A stretch of 57,898 bases of DNA, the filler included, from Basidiobolus ranarum (Eukaryota), in NCBI GenBank assembly GCA_040143965.1. It is 2 parts of 2 records of this genome, joined end to end, with 100 filler letters (N's around TTAATTAATTAA, not from the genome) between each part and the next. Parts side by side here need not be neighbours in the genome. Positions count along the whole stretch, not along the records: positions 1 to 28,915 come from JASJQH010000110.1; 1 more part is not named here. The stretch is one strand, 5' to 3'. The first letter of the stretch is position 1; each line of letters begins with the position of its first letter. Made by a program: the position numbers and the translations under genes. The notes under the pieces were generated by a model. That model searched no databases, was not told the DNA's origin, and was given only the letters and a program-made list of their open reading frames with translations. Shown here piece by piece: positions 1-12,480 of this stretch.

Positions 1-233
1 GATACTGTACATCGGTAGGCCCCATTTGCTTCTCAACAAATACTTTACAACCTATAACGATCTTCTTCATGTACGCATTCGATCTGTCTCCTGGCTTATC
101 ACCAAGATCGCCTGCTTTCGGCCTAGAATTATGAAGTGTTGAATAAGCATGCACGTGCATATGTAGGAAAAGAGTATATTTAGTCCTGAAATGAAGAACT
201 TAAAAGTTACACTTACGTTAGAACACTATTCAT
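1..233 (-). CDS. 5' end of an unidentified spliced gene running off the window edge
   Basis: ATG at 233, GTAAGT donor at 217 and CTAG acceptor at 123. The spliced frame stays open to the edge (MNSVLTPKAGDLGDKPGDRSNAYMKKIVIGCKVFVEKQMGPTDVQY). Family not recognised. Confidence 0.4.
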
Positions 234-616
234 AGAGTGGCTAAGTTTAAAAGGTGATTAGATAACTGCAATGTATGCAAAATATGTTCAACTAAACCAA
301 GTAGTCGAAACGCGAAATACGCCAGATAATAATCACCTGATCATGTATTTGTTTTTGTCATTTACTCTGTCTTTCGGATTGACTAATTTGACATGATGGT
401 TTACTATCTCACTTTAATCAATGATAACAAATATTGATGTATACTACCAGGATATTTATTCCTTTATTAATCAAATTGATAATCAACTGACAAAATTTTG
501 ATTATTTAAATTGTCCCTATTTGTAGTGCAATGTTGAAGAACCAAATACAAACGCACTTGTTGTAAGGTCTCTCTGAAAGTTACCTATTTCGCTCTACAC
601 AATAAATGTGGTAAAA

Positions 617-3313
617 ATGGATCTACCAAATAGAAATTCTCTTTCCGCCTCACCAAGGCCTCCTCCTCCGCAGAGTAGGTCTAATTCCTACCAAATTCAC
701 CAACACGTCATTCCTAACGATTGTTGCTTTTATAACTACACCAGATCCAGAAGAGTTGCTTGTGATTGACAAACTGGCTGAACAAACAGTGAAGAACCCG
801 GCTCTGGCGCAAATGGTACATACGCTTGTTATCAACATACCAACAATTTTATTGTTTTGAAAATGAAATCGATTAACGTGAGTTCAAACGAAATAATTTT
901 TCAAAACACGTAAATATCATTTCCCCAACTAGGTTATGCAACGACAGCTTGGGAATCCAAAATACAGTTTCATGAGACCTGATGGTCTGCATCATCAATA
1001 TTTCCAATGGAAAATTCAAATGATAAGACAAAGTGTTGGTGGTTATCATCAAAGTTCGTATTTGAATTACCCTCAGGCTGTTTAAGAGATTTACTAATAG
1101 CACGTCTTTAGCAGATCCTGAATATGCTTCCTTTAAGAACCACCCTGATGTTGGACTTGCTCACTTTTCGTCCGGAGTTCCATCCAATGACTCGTTTACC
1201 TCTGAACCCTTGGGGGATTATCACCGTGATTTGGCACAGTCTCTTGGAATGGATAAGGCAAAGAAAATTTCGACATTGTTGGAAGCCATTATTAAAGATT
1301 GCTCCCAAATCAATATCCAAGTATGTGACACCAACAAGCTGTAACCTTCGCACCCATCATAATTAACCAAACCAACATAGCATGGGAGAGCCTGGATATT
1401 CGACAATTGCTCCAGTCCATCTCATATTTATTGTTTAGCACAATGTTTATTGCGGATGTCATTATCACACGACTCTTTTGAATCAAGATTGCACATTCTT
1501 TACTTAGTCAACGACATGTTATTCCATAGGTACAGTTTCCACTAAGCACCCTTATTTGTAGCGAAATCTCAATCTAATTCAACCCATCGCAATAGTATTC
1601 GTCGGAGAAAGATTTGGATCAAGGACGCGCTATACCCGCATCTCATTCACATTTTAAGAGCTGCTTACTATGTCCCGAAGGTTACAGATCAACAGAAAGA
1701 AAAAGTAATGAAGGTATGATCTTGAGTTCATGTGTAGAATCAACCCGAAGTGTTAATTTGAAGATCAATCGAACTTAAGTCAATGAGCGGATCAATAGGT
1801 AGTTGCAATCTGGGAAGACAAAAGCTATTTTGAGCATTCAGTAATTGGCACCCTTAGGAGTGGCCTGGTATCTCCTAATGCCGATGCTACCCTGCCTCTG
1901 CACCCTGGATGTACGCCTGCTCGTATCCAGCCCGTCCCGTCTGGAATAAGACCAGCTTCGATGCCTCACGCTTATGTTACCCCATCTCTTGCTAATGCCC
2001 CTGTTGGTTTACACCGTGGTCCCACTCACTCTTTGACCAACTTACCTCAACAAAGTAACATCATTCCCCCTGCCACTCCTGAAAAGACAAAGAAGTACTT
2101 TGAGCTCCCTTGCAGCTCGATGATATCCCAAGTCCATGTTAGTAATTTGACTCTTGTATTTTTGTCTCAAATCAACGTGGATCTAACCAATATGTTACAT
2201 TTCTAGCTCAAGGAGGGAGCATACGCACCTATTAAAATATCTGCGATGAAAAACTTCAATGCTCCAACACAGATAAATGCTGATATCCATATCGCCGTTG
2301 ACGACTTTTATAAAGAGCTTTCAGAAGTGGCTGAAGGAGAAGATGGTCATACAAGTAGTAAAGACACGTTTGATTCTGAAGGTTGGAAACATGGTCTTCT
2401 AGATGATTATTATCGTAATATGCAAGCGACTCTTCATAGGCATAGAAGTTCCAGTCCCTATGATCGATCCCGCGGGTCGTCTTATTCCAGAGGTCGGAGT
2501 AAGTATAAATCGTATTCATCTCGCGATAGCTCTCGTAGCCGTAGCGGAAGTAGCTACAACTCTCGTAGAGGAGATCGCTCTAGATCACGATCTCGCAGCC
2601 GATCTAGTGCTTCAAGCGATGGACGCCATCGTAAGAACTCCAGACGAATTCGCTCTAGCTCTCGTAGTCGAAGCCGTAGTAGAAATCGAGGACGTAGTCG
2701 AAGTCCAAACCGGAGTAAACGTGAAAGCACCAGAAGAGGCTACCCTCGTTCCATATCTCGATCTAGATCAAGAACGCGCTCTAGATCACGATCCAGGAGC
2801 AATATAGATTATGGAAAATCCACTCGACAGTCTCAAGCATCCAATTTTGACGCACCCATCCCAGAACAGAATGTTGGGTTCAAGTTGTTAAGAAAATTAG
2901 GTAGATTAAGCATGAACTTGCAGTTGATTTTCCCGATACTTATTATTTTTATCTAGGCTGGGATCAACAATCCGAATCTAGGTCGTCGGGATTGAGTCCA
3001 AATGATACTCTTGCAACTGCCAATGTCCAAAGCGGTGAAATGAAATACTTTGGCCTTGGCCATGGCGATGGAAATAGGCGTGGCGATGATTTTGAAAGCT
3101 TCCGTCGCTCCCGAAGCTATACGTATAACCGCTCTGAAATGCCCAGCTCACAAGAACCCGTAGGATGTTTCCGATGTGGCCAAGTAAGTTCGCTCTATAG
3201 TTTTATTTCTAGTCAGTCTGTGTTTCATTTGCACCGGCACTAACTACCACTTACGTTTCCTTCTACCTTAGGTTGGCCATCTCGCTCGGGACTGTCGTTC
3301 GCACATCCCATAA
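617..3313 (+). CDS. CHERP: CHERP-like splicing factor (SURP + CID + RS-rich + G-patch + CCHC zinc knuckle), multi-exon
   Basis: Spliced translation gives SURP (DPEELLVIDKLAEQTVKNP...PKYSFM), CID (IIKDCSQINIQHGRAWIFDNC...RLHILYLVNDMLFH), an RS tract (ORF 2246-2956), G-patch start NVGFKLLRKLG and CFRCGQ|VGHLARDC. Stop TAA at 3311-3313. Confidence 0.8.
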
Positions 3314-3882
3314 AGGCCTAAACGTATATATCATGAATTTTTTGTTGTCTATTCAGTAAATCTATAAACATCTCATTTGATAGAAACCCCCTTTTTTGCC
3401 CGATATTTGGATGCCTACATGTATTCTGTATCTGAATCCCACAATTGTAGCAACTGACAGATTGGCTCGAAGTACGGACCATTCATTGTACATGGTACCT
3501 ACTTTACGCATACATGTTTGTGGACCTTGCCCTATACGAAAATCCATTTTATTAAACAATAATATCATTCATGTTCTCCAGTCATAATTATTTTTGGTCT
3601 CCAATTTGTGAATTTTTCCTGATCAAGGTCTCCAATCTCATTATTATGCATGTAACCTAAATAATCTTGATGACAACGATCCCAGTCACAACTCAAAGAT
3701 ACTAGTCTAGATTCTCTTTTTTAATGCTTAATTTTTTGTTTCACTTAACAAACGGTACAATTCTGATTTACTCTGTTAAGCAAACTTTATACTAGAGTCT
3801 TCACTACAGTGCACCTTCAACCTCATATTTTCCCCTTGTAATTACTTCTCAAACTGGATCCACCTTATTTATTTTCTTCAAG

Positions 3883-5838
3883 CCAATCGGCTTATCACAA
3901 TGCTGCTTTTTCTAGTGCGTCTCCACTTAACAATAGAATTATCAGTGTATGTGTTGTAGGTGCCGGAAATAGGTTAGTAGTAATTTAGAGAAGCAATTGA
4001 AGTTAAATGAAAACGGTCTATATTGTTGGAGAAGTCAATTAATTTCTGTTATACTTATATATATTTTTGTTTCAAAAAGAGGTTCTCTATGTGCCAGCTT
4101 TGCCCTACAGAACCAGCATCTCATGAAGCTGGTAGCTTTAGCTTGTCCTATTGATTTTCGTCGATACAATCTGGCACAGGTAAGTTTGTTTAACTATGCT
4201 AAAGTATTCGTAATCTCACCAAGAAAATATCTAGCGTCACGCTATTCCCCCTGAAATGACCTTTGCTGATTGGAGAGAGGTATATTACTTACCAATACAG
4301 ATGAACGAATTAAAAAAAACTCTTATTAACTCAAATCATCAGCTATCTTCTAAACCAAAACTTGCCGATGCTGTAATAATAACCTCGGTCGATGATAAAC
4401 TAAGAGATGGGCAAATTGTTGGTATGTGAGGAATTCATTTTAGTGAATATTCTTAGATAATACATCTCAATAGCTCTTTTCTCCTATGTCCAAGTCTTTG
4501 CGGAAAAACACTATCACATTTTATTGGAGTCACCGGTAACGTTGAGCTTACTGACATGTAAAAAATTAGCCGATTCCGCTATCCGGAACCAGGTACATCC
4601 CTTCTTTGAAAATCCATCGTTGGTTATAATTGACGAATTTCATAGGTAATTTTTGCAATGGGGAATGCGCTACGTTATACTGCTTACAATCTCACTATTA
4701 AACGTATCCTCGACTCGGGAACCATTGGTGAAGTTATGAATATCCAGCACGTTGCTCCTCTTGGGACATTTCGATTACAATCCACGGTAAAACTATTTTC
4801 TAGTGAACTCACTTTGTAAAAATTCGATTCTAAGTCAAGTAACAGGATTCAGGAATATTTGCTCGAAGATATAGAAGAGAATCCAGCTCTATGTTAGCGA
4901 ACAGCTTATCTGACGTTGATCTGGTATCTTGGTTTATGGGACGAAGATGCCGTATTATTAGTTCTTTTGGAAGTTTCTACTCAGACTCTAGTTATTTTGA
5001 GAACAAGTACTGAGGTTAATTTTTTGGTTATTGTAAGCACCTTTATTGATTTTTACACTTAAGTAGCTCCTTTACATCAAGCAACTCCCCCATACCTCGT
5101 TCATCCCCAGTCATCTCCTGCGAAGAAGATAATGGGATACTCTCCCTGATGAACATCGGTTAGCAATCTCTTGTCCACTCGATACTCTGTATCACTTACT
5201 AACTTATATTTGCTAGAAACGCCACTACCATCTGCTGCAAGTTCGCCCTCAGAAGAAAATGGACATCAAGTATAGTAAATTTCACTATACCATGCTGAAA
5301 ACACCCGCTAAACTTTTGTAGAACATTAATATGGAGTTCGATGGAGATAAAACATGCAGCATCACTTTAATTGCGTGCTCTGAAGGTGTGTTACCCCGTC
5401 GGACTAGGATATTCGGAAATCTTGGTGAACTTGATGGAGACGGTGAAATAGTTCGAGTATTCAATTTTCTCACCCGTCGGAGTGAGGTTATTAGACCCGA
5501 GGTCTTTCGCGGAGGGGATATCCTTGATGGTTAGTTCACTTTAATTATCTTTGGCATGCCCTAATATTAACATTCAAACTAGAAAAGTACTGCGGGGAAT
5601 ATGGGCTGGTGCGCAAGTTTGTCGAGGCCATTGCCGCCGGAGAATCCATGAATGGGTATGGCGATGCTGAAGAAATATTGGGTATTGTGATGATTAGATA
5701 ATGGACTTGAATCGCACTTTGCTAATCCATCTTATGATAGACTCCTACGTATATGTGACGGCAGCGGAGCACGCGAATAAAACCGAAACTGTAGTAAATG
5801 TTGATGATTTTCGCCGTAGAGCCTTCGAAGAAGTATGA
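3883..5838 (+). CDS. Gfo/Idh/MocA-family NAD(P)-binding oxidoreductase-like protein, multi-exon (5' end uncertain, probably ~3720)
   Basis: Spliced motifs VCVVGAGNRG, FADWRE, KPKLADAVII, HILLESP, LRYTAYN...ILDSGTIGEVMNIQH, MEFDGDKTCSITL, RRTRIFGNLGELDGDG. Stop TGA at 5836-5838. Confidence 0.8.
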
Positions 5839-6340
5839 CATCTACACCAACCCCAACCCACATGTAAACCCAAAATGTGTAGAAAGTAAGATACATCCAC
5901 GGTATCACCCCTTTTTGTCGCCAAAATTTCCATTACTTGTTTGTGCGATACCTCACACTAATACAGTCTAGATGGGAGGAAGTGCCATGGTAAAGATATT
6001 TCCGGAATCTGCTCATCACTTGTTTAGATATGATTGCCGAATACATATAAATGTCTTGTACTATTCAACAATGTAAATTGATCTAAATTTTGTATAGATA
6101 AATGCTCATTCTTCCTTACAAATCATTTCCAATTGGAGTAAAATCACTGCTCTTCCCTAGCTATATTTAGCTTAAGTTTCAATCAACATTTATTCTATTG
6201 ACCCGCAATTGCTGTTTCTAGCTATAAGAAACTACCCTTTAACTGACGTAAGTTTGAGTATCAATCGCCCGCGGTAACCATAAGAGGTAAGACATAAGAA
6301 TCCACAACAATATACTTGTCTGGTGATTAATAGATAAGAA

Positions 6341-7419
6341 TTAGGCTTCAGACTTTGACTTCTTTGAGGGAGACTCGTTTTGACTCTAAGTAAACAAGCA
6401 ACCTATTTAGAATATTGTTTGAGATACATTAGACGAGTCTTTCTTACCTGTAGAGCATCGCCGAAGCGTTCAGCTCGTTTTCTTCTTCTTTCTTCTTCTT
6501 CGGGGTCAAGAGGGACTTGACTAGCCAACTTTTTGTTAACAACACCAAATCGTTCTTGTCTTTTTTTCAATGTCTCTGGTTCAATTTGCTGCAAAGATCG
6601 TTAATAAATAGCCTATTACTTAATAATGAATAGACCTTCACTAAATTTACCACATTATTTCGAAGAACAGTATTCCCTGGTTTGCCGCCTCTACCTCTAT
6701 TACCCTTACGTTCGCCCAATGGAAGATCCAATGAACTAACTTTAGCCGCATCCCCTTCAGAGGTAGTGGTACCGAATTTCATTGAACGTTCAACAACCTT
6801 TGTAGAATCCGAAAGAGGAATACCAAAACGTAGAGCTCTTTGTCTTCGCTTTTCAAGCTCTGCGGCTACTATTGCTTCTTCTGCTTTAGCATTGACACTA
6901 TTATCTTCTACCACTTTCTCCTCAACCTTTTCTTCGTCTACTTTGACTTCGGAAATGGGTTGTTCAAGTGAATCGGTTGGTGGAACGTCGGATTCCTCTT
7001 TAGCAGGTGTATCTGACTTGATTAACTCTTCAGGAAGTTGAACCTCAGTATTCTCTGAAGCCTCAGCATCGTTTGTATCACCACGAAGTTCTGGTGGAAG
7101 ATCAGCACTATGATAAAAAAAACGCGAAAATAAGAGTCGACACGTTCGTCAGTTCCCAAGGTAACTAATAAGAATACACCAGAAAATAAATGTCGACATA
7201 CTCATTACTTAAACCCGCTTCATTCCAGTCAAAGTTCTCAGGTGGAGCTAAATCGGGGAGTTCTTCGTCTTCGTGTGAACCTTTGATCTTATAATGTTCA
7301 CTGATACGGGCAAGTAAATCTTCTTTTTTTCCAGCTACTGATAGACCTTCTTTGGTTAAAAGTTCTTTCAAGTCTGCTACTTTAAGTTTTTTTAAAGAAG
7401 TCAAATCTAAGGTGGACAT
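6341..7419 (-). CDS. THO1: SAP-domain ribonucleoprotein (SARNP/Tho1-like), multi-exon
   Basis: N-terminal SAP domain (LKKLKVADLKELLTKEGLSVAGKKEDLLARI) and repeated RALRFG/RQERFG/RAERFG motifs. Stop at 6341-6343. Confidence 0.88.
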
Positions 7420-7844
7420 GGTTTAACGCGATATATAATATAGTAATACTTTAATGAATAAACACGTATATATAGTTTACTCACCAGTGAATAAAGTGGC
7501 GGTTGGGTTATGCGTAATGTCACTTTCACCATTACATCACCCTCTAAAGTTGGATTAATTTGGAAATTTAGTGGGATTAAATGTGGATTAACTTCTCCCT
7601 GAATTATCTTAATTTTCAGTTAAAAAACGATAAATACAAGTTTTGGCAAGCAAAACAAGGGAATTTGGAGTAAATGTAGTATTTCAATTAATTTATTGTC
7701 AGTTAAGAGAATCGATGGCTCACTTCATGTTTATTCAAGATCAATGATTAATGGGTATAATAACTTGATCAAGAAATCAAAATTTTCTTTTCATTAAAAT
7801 ATATACTATGATTTCAAATCATACTAAAAGTACAAATAAGTGGA

Positions 7845-9563
7845 TTAAATATCTTCTTGTATGTGCTGGAAGTGATCATGACGTTCTTCATTGAAATCTC
7901 CTTCGATAAAGCGTACAGCCTGTGCTTTACCCTTGGTGACATTCACGGTGGCAATCACGAAGAGTGGGAAGAAAAGCATAGCGAGTAATGGCCAGAATGA
8001 ATAACGAAGGTTTTTGGTGGCATCGGTGATAGCACCAGTAATCAAAGGACCAATCCAAGCCGAACCTTTATCAGTGATTTGATAAAGACTGAAGAATTCA
8101 TTCTCCATTCCCTTTGGAATCAGCTCACCGAACATTACACGACAGTAGGACTGAATAGCTCCCAGGAGAAGTCCGATCCATACACATACTATCCATGCTT
8201 CGAACTTGTGCTTCAACCCAAATGGAGCAACAAAGCCTAAAAGCCCGTAAAGTGGCAGTAAGATATAAAGCGAGATAATAATGACGATCATTCGCTTAGT
8301 AGATAGACGTAATTTCCGTTGGATAAATAACCATCCCACGCTACCAATACCAGCACATAGTGGGACAATTATACCGGCAATTAGAAGTTCAACGTAGCCC
8401 ATTCCGAGGGTTGTTTTGGCGAATAGAATGGCAACCGAGGTGATGGTGTTGATGGCGTCAGAGACAAAGAACCAACATAGAAGGAACAAAAAGATTTGTC
8501 CTAATCTTGGGATATGGCACAGTGTTCTGAATACCTTTTTCCATGAGTAGAACACATATGACTCGCCTGGTGGCAATGGTGGTCCTGGACGAGGTCTAAG
8601 CCATCTGAATGGCGCATAACTGAAGACCAACCACCATATACTGCTGAAAGCACAAGCTATTTGCATACTATAAACCAATGTCAATTAATAAAAGAACCAT
8701 TTGAGGTAGAATGAGAGTTAACATACCTAAATACGGTACTTCCGGAAAAGTATACAATTACGGCACCAAGAATTAGAACCAACACACCAGCCAGATAACC
8801 CCAGGCCATGCTTCTACCGGAGATAGTATTTGCAATACGTTCTGAGGTCTCATGGTATTCGGTTTGACTACCATGCATACGCATTTGAACAACCTCCGAA
8901 TGATTGCGAGTAAGGGTAGGGATATAGGCCGAATAGAAAAGATAAGAAGCACCGAAGCATATAGTAGCTACACTACTTGTGAGGGCTACCACCCAATAGA
9001 GTTCGGGCTTATAGGCAGCCATCATGGAGATACCAGAAATGGCACCCAATATACCAAAGAAAAGCAACATGATTTTTCTCCAATCTGATAAATAGGTCAG
9101 TAACTTGACATTGAAATCATAGAAGCAAAAGATAACTTACTTCCATGATCAGCTATAGCACCACAACTGATAAATACAATAGCTTGAGCTGCTACAGCAA
9201 ATGCACGTATATACAGTGAGTAGGTATTCGTATCTATGTATCCACTACCGAATTTAACCACGCAAACGTAGTCAGTTAGGGAAGTATTACAGGGCGTAAC
9301 TAAATCTTGCTGCAAACCAGCCTCGGCGGCCAGAGATTCAAGAATCAATGGGATAAAAACCGACATGGCCGAGACGGAGAAAGGCTCGATCTAAACGAAT
9401 GCAAATAGCATCAGTATGAATTCCTTGAAGAAGCACATGTGTTTGTATATGTACTTACAGCCCATGAATAGCTATACCACGCGAGTAACTCGGTTTTACT
9501 GACTAAAGGAGAGTCCTGATCTGACTCTAGGTCAAAATGCTCCACTTTTTTTTGTTCACCCAT
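7845..9563 (-). CDS. ATG22: Atg22-like vacuolar MFS amino-acid efflux transporter, multi-exon
   Basis: ELLAWYSYSWA|IEPF, GAIADHG, YSAYIPTL, GELIPKGMENEFFSLYQITDKGSAWIGP. Many hydrophobic segments. Confidence 0.92.
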
Positions 9564-10239
9564 GAATGAAGTGTTAAAAAATGGCTTTAGAAGGTCAGAG
9601 AACTTAGAAGTTAGGGTTTAGTAGGGCTGGCTCTTGTGTAATATCCAGGAAAATGAAGTGTTTATTCAAAGCAAAGCTGAGAAACAATATTCTCGGCGTA
9701 TTAAATGGCTTGGAAATCCCGACTTAGTCGATGATCAATAACCAATAAATATGTGATTGCTTGCCTGTGACCTCAAAGACAGAAATTTCATTGGTGGCGT
9801 GGGATGTTTTCCATGTGAGCTTCTATTGATGGTGTGACGTTCTAGTAATGAAAACCTTGCTCAAGAAAACTCTTCTTTGGAATCGCTGCGTGTGGCGAAC
9901 ACTAAATATATATGTGCACTTACCATAAGAGGAGCCAATACTTCTCGGGTTTTCTATCATATATACATAATAACCATCGGGTATATAGTGCTTGTAGTAA
10001 AGTATAAATTAACCATATTGATCATTTGAACTCCAGTTTGGTACAGAGTGTGACAGGGAGCGTGTAACATTCCCTCGAATCGATAGGCTTAGAACATTAG
10101 GTTAGATTATTATTGTGAACAAATAAGGAAATCCAAAGAAGCCTAATCCAATGATTCGTTCTTCGTTGCACCACTAATAAAATGATGAGTATTGAATTCA
10201 AGATGATTACTTAGAATGGGAATATACCAATTTAACCTA

Positions 10240-10350
10240 GATAAAGATGGAGATATCGGTTTCCATAATGATAAAAAAGGAGTTATCGGTGTTTAAAATT
10301 ATAAAGATGGATCTATCAGTTCGTAAATTGATAAAGATGGGAATCTTAGT
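10240..10350. repeat. Degenerate 30-bp tandem repeat (~4 units) rich in GATA motifs
   Basis: Units start at 10240, 10270, 10300 and 10330: gataaagatggagatatcggt / gataaaaaaggagttatcggt / tataaagatggatctatcagt / gataaagatgggaatcttagt. Confidence 0.8.
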
Positions 10351-11557
10351 ATTATGCCACGTTTTATCAATTCGGTGATAACTCTAGATGGTCAGAGCTC
10401 CAGTATATCGATACTAAAAAGATGTTTTTCTGGAAGCGTGCTTCTCAATCAATCTCCACTACGCCCCGTAGTTCTCAATTGGTGACACTGCCAAGAAGTC
10501 TTATTTAGAGCAGATAGCTTTGATTCATGTGAGTAAAAGTAAAAGTTGGAAAGCTCACCACTCACGAAATTACCCGATGAAATAAGGCTCGCCAAAGTGG
10601 GGTTCGCGTCGTTTGCCAACTTGGGAAATGGTATCAAATTGGTAATGTCAGGAGATCAGACGAAGCTAGTGCTCAACACAAGGACTGTTCCTCCCAGTGT
10701 AGAGCTAAAAAATCACTACCAAATTCATGAGCAAGATGGTTCCACAATGCTGGAAGGTTGGGATACTTAACTCATCAATAGTAAAGCAGAGTTCCGTCGT
10801 ATTTAAGCGAGTTGGTTACCAAACGAAATCGTACAGGTTTGCATTTTATAAATAGATATTTCATGGGCTGTGTAAAACCGGTGGGAATATATATTCCAAT
10901 CTCGATTCTGGGAGGTAAACTCAACAATCTGAGACCAAGGCTGCGCACCTTGAGATTCGTAGCCTACAATGGTTCGACTACTCATGGTTATTTTAAAGCT
11001 ATTACGCTATCTATTAAGCAAATTGAGACATGAGCTGTATTATGACTTGCAGATCGTTTACCGTAAACAGTAAGTTCCTTCAGCAAGTTCCCATCAATAA
11101 TCCGCGAGTATCCACAAAAGCCCATGGAATCCATAAAATCTCACAGTATGGTTCATATCGGATTACCATGCAAAATATGGCCAATTGTGACCGAGTGAAA
11201 TGTAGATTAGTTTACATTGTTAGTAAGTGTGGTCTCAGCCCAGATAATCTGGAATGTTATGGTAACCGAGTTGGATGATGATTGTTGGTTTTACTGTTAT
11301 TGTATTTTGATTAATAGAAGTATTGTCGCCGTTTAATGGTAATGCCCAGTGTTGTTTGATATCCACTGCTTCAATGGAGGTTACGATACTAATATTAGTA
11401 CGACCTTAAAGCTGGGTAACCTGGTCACACATACAAGCTAATTCTCACAGCAATCAATTATGGGCCATGTCACTGAACCATAAAGTTGCTATAAATTGAG
11501 AGCTAAGTCTCTTAATTTGATGATTACTTGGCCTTTCAAACTTACCAAACAATAAAT

Positions 11558-11998
11558 ATGCGTTTTTCAATTTTGGCTCTCTGCAGTATCTTCGGTGTTG
11601 TTGCTGTCACTGCTCAAGAAGTTATCGATCCTGTTTCGATTATTCCCACTGATACTGGTATCATGCAAATTCCCGAAACTAGTTTGGTTAAGCCCACAGA
11701 GGCTGGAACAATGTCTATTCCTGAAACTAGTTTGATCAAACCCACACCCTCAGGAAGTATGTCTGTTCCCGGGACTAGTTTAGTTACGCCTGCACCTACA
11801 TCGTCAGTACCATCTTCTGGATCTAACACCCAATCTAGCCCAGTATCTCCACCAGCATCCTCAGCTTCTAACTCCAAGCCTAGTGCTCCTTCTTCCCAAA
11901 CTCCCCTTCCTACCAAGCCTGCAAGTAACGCGGGCCAAATGGCTCCTGGACTTCTAGGTGTTGGTGTCATTGCTGTTGTTGCAGCCTTTGCCAATTAA
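11558..11998 (+). CDS. Small secreted Ser/Thr/Pro-rich, probably GPI-anchored surface protein (intronless)
   Basis: Signal peptide MRFSILALCSIFGVVAVTA, three 16-aa repeats, an S/P-rich stalk, and a small-residue omega region (ASNAG) followed by a hydrophobic tail. Confidence 0.8.
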   Translation: MRFSILALCSIFGVVAVTAQEVIDPVSIIPTDTGIMQIPETSLVKPTEAGTMSIPETSLIKPTPSGSMSVPGTSLVTPAPTSSVPSSGSNTQSSPVSPPASSASNSKPSAPSSQTPLPTKPASNAGQMAPGLLGVGVIAVVAAFAN

Positions 11999-12480
11999 AG
12001 ATCCGTCCCTTTCACCATTTTCTTGTTGACCTATATTGGAAATGTATTGACGTCTGACTTTGGAGATCTAACTTTATCACTTTTTGCTAGTTATCAATAA
12101 ATATAATTCATTTTTGTGAAAAATTGGGCATACTTTGAAATAATCTTGAATAGGTGTGTTAAGAGTTTTTGTAATTAAATTACGTGCGGGCATATAGTTC
12201 AATTTTATCTAGATTCATTCTTGCTTAAACTTTGGTTTATTAACGTGAGAAGGATTTCATATTTATCTCAATTTTTATCTTAGTATTGCTTCAATTTTAC
12301 ATAAATATGAAGTGACAGGATTGGTCAATAGGAATGGCGAAATCAAGTACACTTTGCTCGAGATGAGTTCTCAGTGCCATTTCGAAAACGTGGGTTTCTA
12401 GCATAACAAAAGCTTCAAGAAATTCGACCTCATCTCACCTACTTTTGTTACATATATACCGGTCTTTAAAGCTTTAAACT

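Noticed and set aside
10240..10350. 30-bp periodic array as a CRISPR-like locus
   Set aside because: Degenerate tandem units without unique spacers, no cas genes, and a eukaryotic context.
10449..11278. Short ORFs between ATG22 and the GPI protein
   Set aside because: 60-82 aa, overlapping on both strands, with no motifs or coherent splice chain.
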